Shown here: piece by piece, positions 60,713 to 64,000 of the stretch
How the letters are laid out: each line of letters begins with the position of its first letter
Numbering within the stretch: the stretch's first letter is position 1
Assembly: GCA_949358305.1 (NCBI GenBank)
Contig: OX442314.1
Span: 26,164,001-26,228,000, forward strand
Origin: Strigamia acuminata
Taxonomy: Eukaryota
DNA: 64,000 nucleotides
Direction of reading: 5' to 3'
The notes under the pieces: model-generated
What the model saw: only the letters and a program-made list of their open reading frames with translations
What the model was told of the DNA's origin: nothing
Databases searched by the model: none
Program-made: the position numbers and the translations under genes

Positions 60713-63700
60713 TGTAAAATCCAGATTTGGATTTAATGTTTAGTAATGATTTCAATTTATGTTTAATTTTAGTGTTTTATTTCGAAAAGTGTTTTAAGTC
60801 TCTTTGTAATTGTTTTTATCGAATATCGAATTGTATTGGTAATGTTTTAACGACAATAGTGTTTTTTGATCGAGGGACACCAAGAGTGCCCTCTGGTGTG
60901 TAATCTGTAATTTTGACCGGTCCTTGTTGACCGGAAGTTGACCCCGTTTTTGGGATTGACCACCATCTTTTTTACCTGTATCATCGTGTGTCACCACGCG
61001 ATTTTCCTTGTTAAAATCTTCAACGATTAAAATTAGTTAAGTTTAAAAATACGTCTCAAATTGTTGCTCGCGCGTGCTGCAATCGCAGCTAGATTATTTC
61101 GAAGTCTCGAAATTGGTGCCGAAACCCGGGAGAAAAATCCAGGAACCTGAAGAACTGAAATCTATAAAAACCGCAAGTAAAATTTGAGAAAAATAAAAAA
61201 TGGCCGAAGATCTCAACGTGATCAAGTCACAACGAACAGTGGCCAGAAGAATGACGACCGCCACTATAACCAAGGCGAAAACGATTCTTGCGGCAATACC
61301 ACAGAATGAACTCGAACTAAAAAAAATTAAGGCCAACCTGAAGGCCAAGTCCGCCGAATTAAAGGCGTTAGACGGAAAAATATTGGCGGCGTTGGTTGAC
61401 GACGACGAGATCGACCAAGAAATCACACAGTGCGAAACTAATTATAATGAGAAGATAATCGACTGCGAGGTCGAGCTCGAAGAAGCGCTGAAGAAAATGA
61501 ATGCGCTGGCAATCGCCCCGCCACTCGCCCCGATCACCAACAATTACCATGGTACCGTTAATGCCCCGCACGAGACGACGATGCGACTCCCCAAGTACGA
61601 GGCCATAAAATTCAGTGGCGACCCCCTCGAATGGGATGATTTCTGGGGGAATTTCGAAATCAGCATCGATTCGAAGCCTAACATCACAAATAAAAGCAAG
61701 TTAGTGTATTTAAAGTCGTATTTGGACGGTGAAGCGGCGCTCGTGTTGAAAGGACTGCCGCCAACTGATGAGAATTACCCCGTCGCCAAGGAACTTTTAA
61801 TTGAACGTTACGGGCGAAGTGACGTTATTCTCAGTGCGCACATGAGAGCGTTAATGAAAATGCAACCTGTAAAAGATATTTTAGACCCCGTGCCTCTTCA
61901 AAAGCTCTACGACCGCTGCGAGTCACACGTGCGCGGATTGTTGGCGTCAAAAATGAACACTGAAGCTATCGATGCGACAGCTTGTCCGCTGATATTGGGT
62001 TTGGTCCCAAAACAAATTTCACTAGACTTTTCGCGACAACACCCTGATGGGAAATACAAAGCAAAAGACTTATTGGACATGATTCGAGCTGAACTAATTC
62101 ATCATAGCAAAATTGATAGTTTTCAGGACCTGCATCGCACTAAAGACCAGGAGAAGTCGGGAAAAGCAGAAAAACAGGACACGGAGAAGACATTTCGCAA
62201 GAACAACGATCGTGTCCCGTCTGCTCGAGTATTGAGCACGATGATCGCCAACTGCATGTTTTGCAGTAAGACCCACGAACGTGACGGCTGTTCCACGACT
62301 GCAGCGGAGCGAAAAGAATACGTGGTTAAAAATGGACGGTGTTTTAAGTGCTTAAAAAAGGGGCACACGTCGAAAACGTGCTCCTACCGAATCACGTGTA
62401 AGATTTGCCAACGAAATCACAATCCTTTGGTGTGTGATGGAGCGAGGAAAACCGTTAATGAAAGTTTGACCACTCACGTGGCTACGTGTGCAGAATTATC
62501 AGCGTTCGTCCCTCCTCCTGCTGCAGCGTTGGCGTCAATTTTTGTGCGTGTTGTGCATCAATCAAAAGAAGCGATCGTGCAGTGTCTTCTCGACCCCGGC
62601 AGCCAAACGACATTCGTGTTGTCCAGTCTTGCTAAAGACTTGGGGTTGCAATCGAAAGGAACTGAAAATTTGTCCGTACTGACTTTTGGCAGTCAAGTGT
62701 CGCAAAGTGCAAAGCGAGAACGATTCGAGTTGAATTTGTGCAACGTGGACGACAAGAATAAATCGCTCACGGTCACAGCAATCGAGACGCCGTGGATAAC
62801 GCGGCCGATAAAAACTGAGTTGCAGGCTGGCTTGCGAGCCGCCTTAGCACGCAACAATATTGTAATAAATTTTGAACAATACACTAATTTTGATGTTTTT
62901 TGTTTGATAGGCGCCGATAATATCGCTAAAATTTTGACTGGACGTCTCGAGAAGTTTGAAGAGGATCTGGTGGCAATCGAAACAATTTTTGGCTGGGCGT
63001 TGATGGGTAGCTCGCCCAACGTGACGACTTTGTCTACAATGGTCACCCGCGTATTCAACGTGCGGCTCGACGACCGCTTAGATGACCATCTTAAACAATT
63101 CTGGGAACTCGAAGCGATTGGAATCCGACACGAGTCCATTGACGAGTCGCCAACAGATCGCAACACGTGCACAAAGCGCTTCCGCGAGCTGGTGACGCGA
63201 GAGGACGGACGATATGTGGTGCCACTACCGTGGTTAGTCGATGCCAGTCAACTCAACAACAATTTTGAAGTAGCCAAGCGGAGATTTTGGCATTTGGTGC
63301 GCAAGTTCAAGAAGAACCCCGGCTTTTATCAAGCTTACAAAAAAATCTTCGACGATCAGCTGAAAAACGACATCATCGAAGAAGTGAAAGTGCAAGACCC
63401 AGAACATTCATATTTTATGCCGCATCGTGCAGTTGTGCGAGAGGATCGTGCGACGACAAAAATTCGTATTGTTTTCGACGCGTCATCAAAGGGAAAGAAC
63501 GAGCTTTCGCTGAACGATTGTTTGGACAGCGGCCCCAATTTGTTACCGGAAATATTGAAACTTTTGGTGCTATTCCGACGTGAGCTTGTAGCGTACATCT
63601 CGGACATCGAAAAAGCATTTTTGCAGCTTCTGCTAAGACTTTGCGACCGGAACTTTGTTAGTTTTTTGTGGGTACCAGAGAATTGGGACGGTTTGGAATT

Positions 63701-64000
63701 CCTCGTGCCAAGAATTATGCGTCAGAAGCGAGTCACGTTTGGAGTCAGTTCCAGTCCCTACTCGTTAAACGACACGATCCAAATGCATCTGGACGAAATG
63801 GAGAATTTGTATCCGGACACCGTCAAGCAGATTCGAGAGAAATTTTACGTGGACGACCTTCTGGATTCGATGCGAGCTGAAAATCAAGTTTTGACCGTTT
63901 TTTATGAGGCGCGGAAGTTGATGATGGACGCGCATTTGCCTTTAAGAAAATGGCATTCGAATTCTCCACGACTACGAGAAATATTTGCTAAGGAGATCCC
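60713..64000 (+). mobile_element. 5' part of a BEL/Pao LTR retrotransposon (probable 5' LTR ~60713-61112)
   Basis: TGT start interrupting the MITE arm; PBS TGGTGCCGAAACCCGGGA (tRNA-Phe) at 61114-61131. Confidence 0.88.
61200..64000 (+). CDS. BEL/Pao Gag-Pol, open to the window end (absent from the ORF track because it has no stop)
   Basis: ATG 61200; RLPKYEAIKFSGDPLEWDDFW (DUF1759-type Gag), three Cys/His knuckles, LLDPGSQ protease, KIRIVFDAS, SDIEKAFLQ, FYVDD in the same frame at 63843. Confidence 0.92.
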   Translation, partial: MAEDLNVIKSQRTVARRMTTATITKAKTILAAIPQNELELKKIKANLKAKSAELKALDGKILAALVDDDEIDQEITQCETNYNEKIIDCEVELEEALKKMNALAIAPPLAPITNNYHGTVNAPHETTMRLPKYEAIKFSGDPLEWDDFWGNFEISIDSKPNITNKSKLVYLKSYLDGEAALVLKGLPPTDENYPVAKELLIERYGRSDVILSAHMRALMKMQPVKDILDPVPLQKLYDRCESHVRGLLASKMNTEAIDATACPLILGLVPKQISLDFSRQHPDGKYKAKDLLDMIRAELIHHSKIDSFQDLHRTKDQEKSGKAEKQDTEKTFRKNNDRVPSARVLSTMIANCMFCSKTHERDGCSTTAAERKEYVVKNGRCFKCLKKGHTSKTCSYRITCKICQRNHNPLVCDGARKTVNESLTTHVATCAELSAFVPPPAAALASIFVRVVHQSKEAIVQCLLDPGSQTTFVLSSLAKDLGLQSKGTENLSVLTFGSQVSQSAKRERFELNLCNVDDKNKSLTVTAIETPWITRPIKTELQAGLRAALARNNIVINFEQYTNFDVFCLIGADNIAKILTGRLEKFEEDLVAIETIFGWALMGSSPNVTTLSTMVTRVFNVRLDDRLDDHLKQFWELEAIGIRHESIDESPTDRNTCTKRFRELVTREDGRYVVPLPWLVDASQLNNNFEVAKRRFWHLVRKFKKNPGFYQAYKKIFDDQLKNDIIEEVKVQDPEHSYFMPHRAVVREDRATTKIRIVFDASSKGKNELSLNDCLDSGPNLLPEILKLLVLFRRELVAYISDIEKAFLQLLLRLCDRNFVSFLWVPENWDGLEFLVPRIMRQKRVTFGVSSSPYSLNDTIQMHLDEMENLYPDTVKQIREKFYVDDLLDSMRAENQVLTVFYEARKLMMDAHLPLRKWHSNSPRLREIFAKEI

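Overview
Eukaryotic (invertebrate, probably arthropod) AT-rich genomic window made almost entirely of nested transposable elements; the prokaryote-style ORF track misses several spliced genes. In order: the 3' end of a Gypsy element carrying a spliced antisense ORF (1-3967); a Copia element (4671-17783) with a second Copia (5295-12524) inserted in its RNase H region, both encoding an MBD-like domain between integrase and RT, the pair interrupting an exon of a reconstructable 5-exon host gene for a secreted Cys-rich protein (20434->4409); an intact Mag-type Gypsy (21133-25511) inside a hAT remnant; a full-length but decayed DIRS tyrosine-recombinase retrotransposon (27221-34155) with three GT-AG introns; a pol-less LTR element with identical 959-bp LTRs and one intact 1270-aa Gag-containing ORF (37630-43526); a 167-bp tandem array; exons of divergent DEG/ENaC-like genes; many nested MITEs; an intact Mutator-like element whose transposase is fused to Ulp1-protease and PHD domains (55423-59531); and the 5' half of a BEL/Pao element running off the window end. 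All domain calls are by-eye motif recognition; no searches were run.
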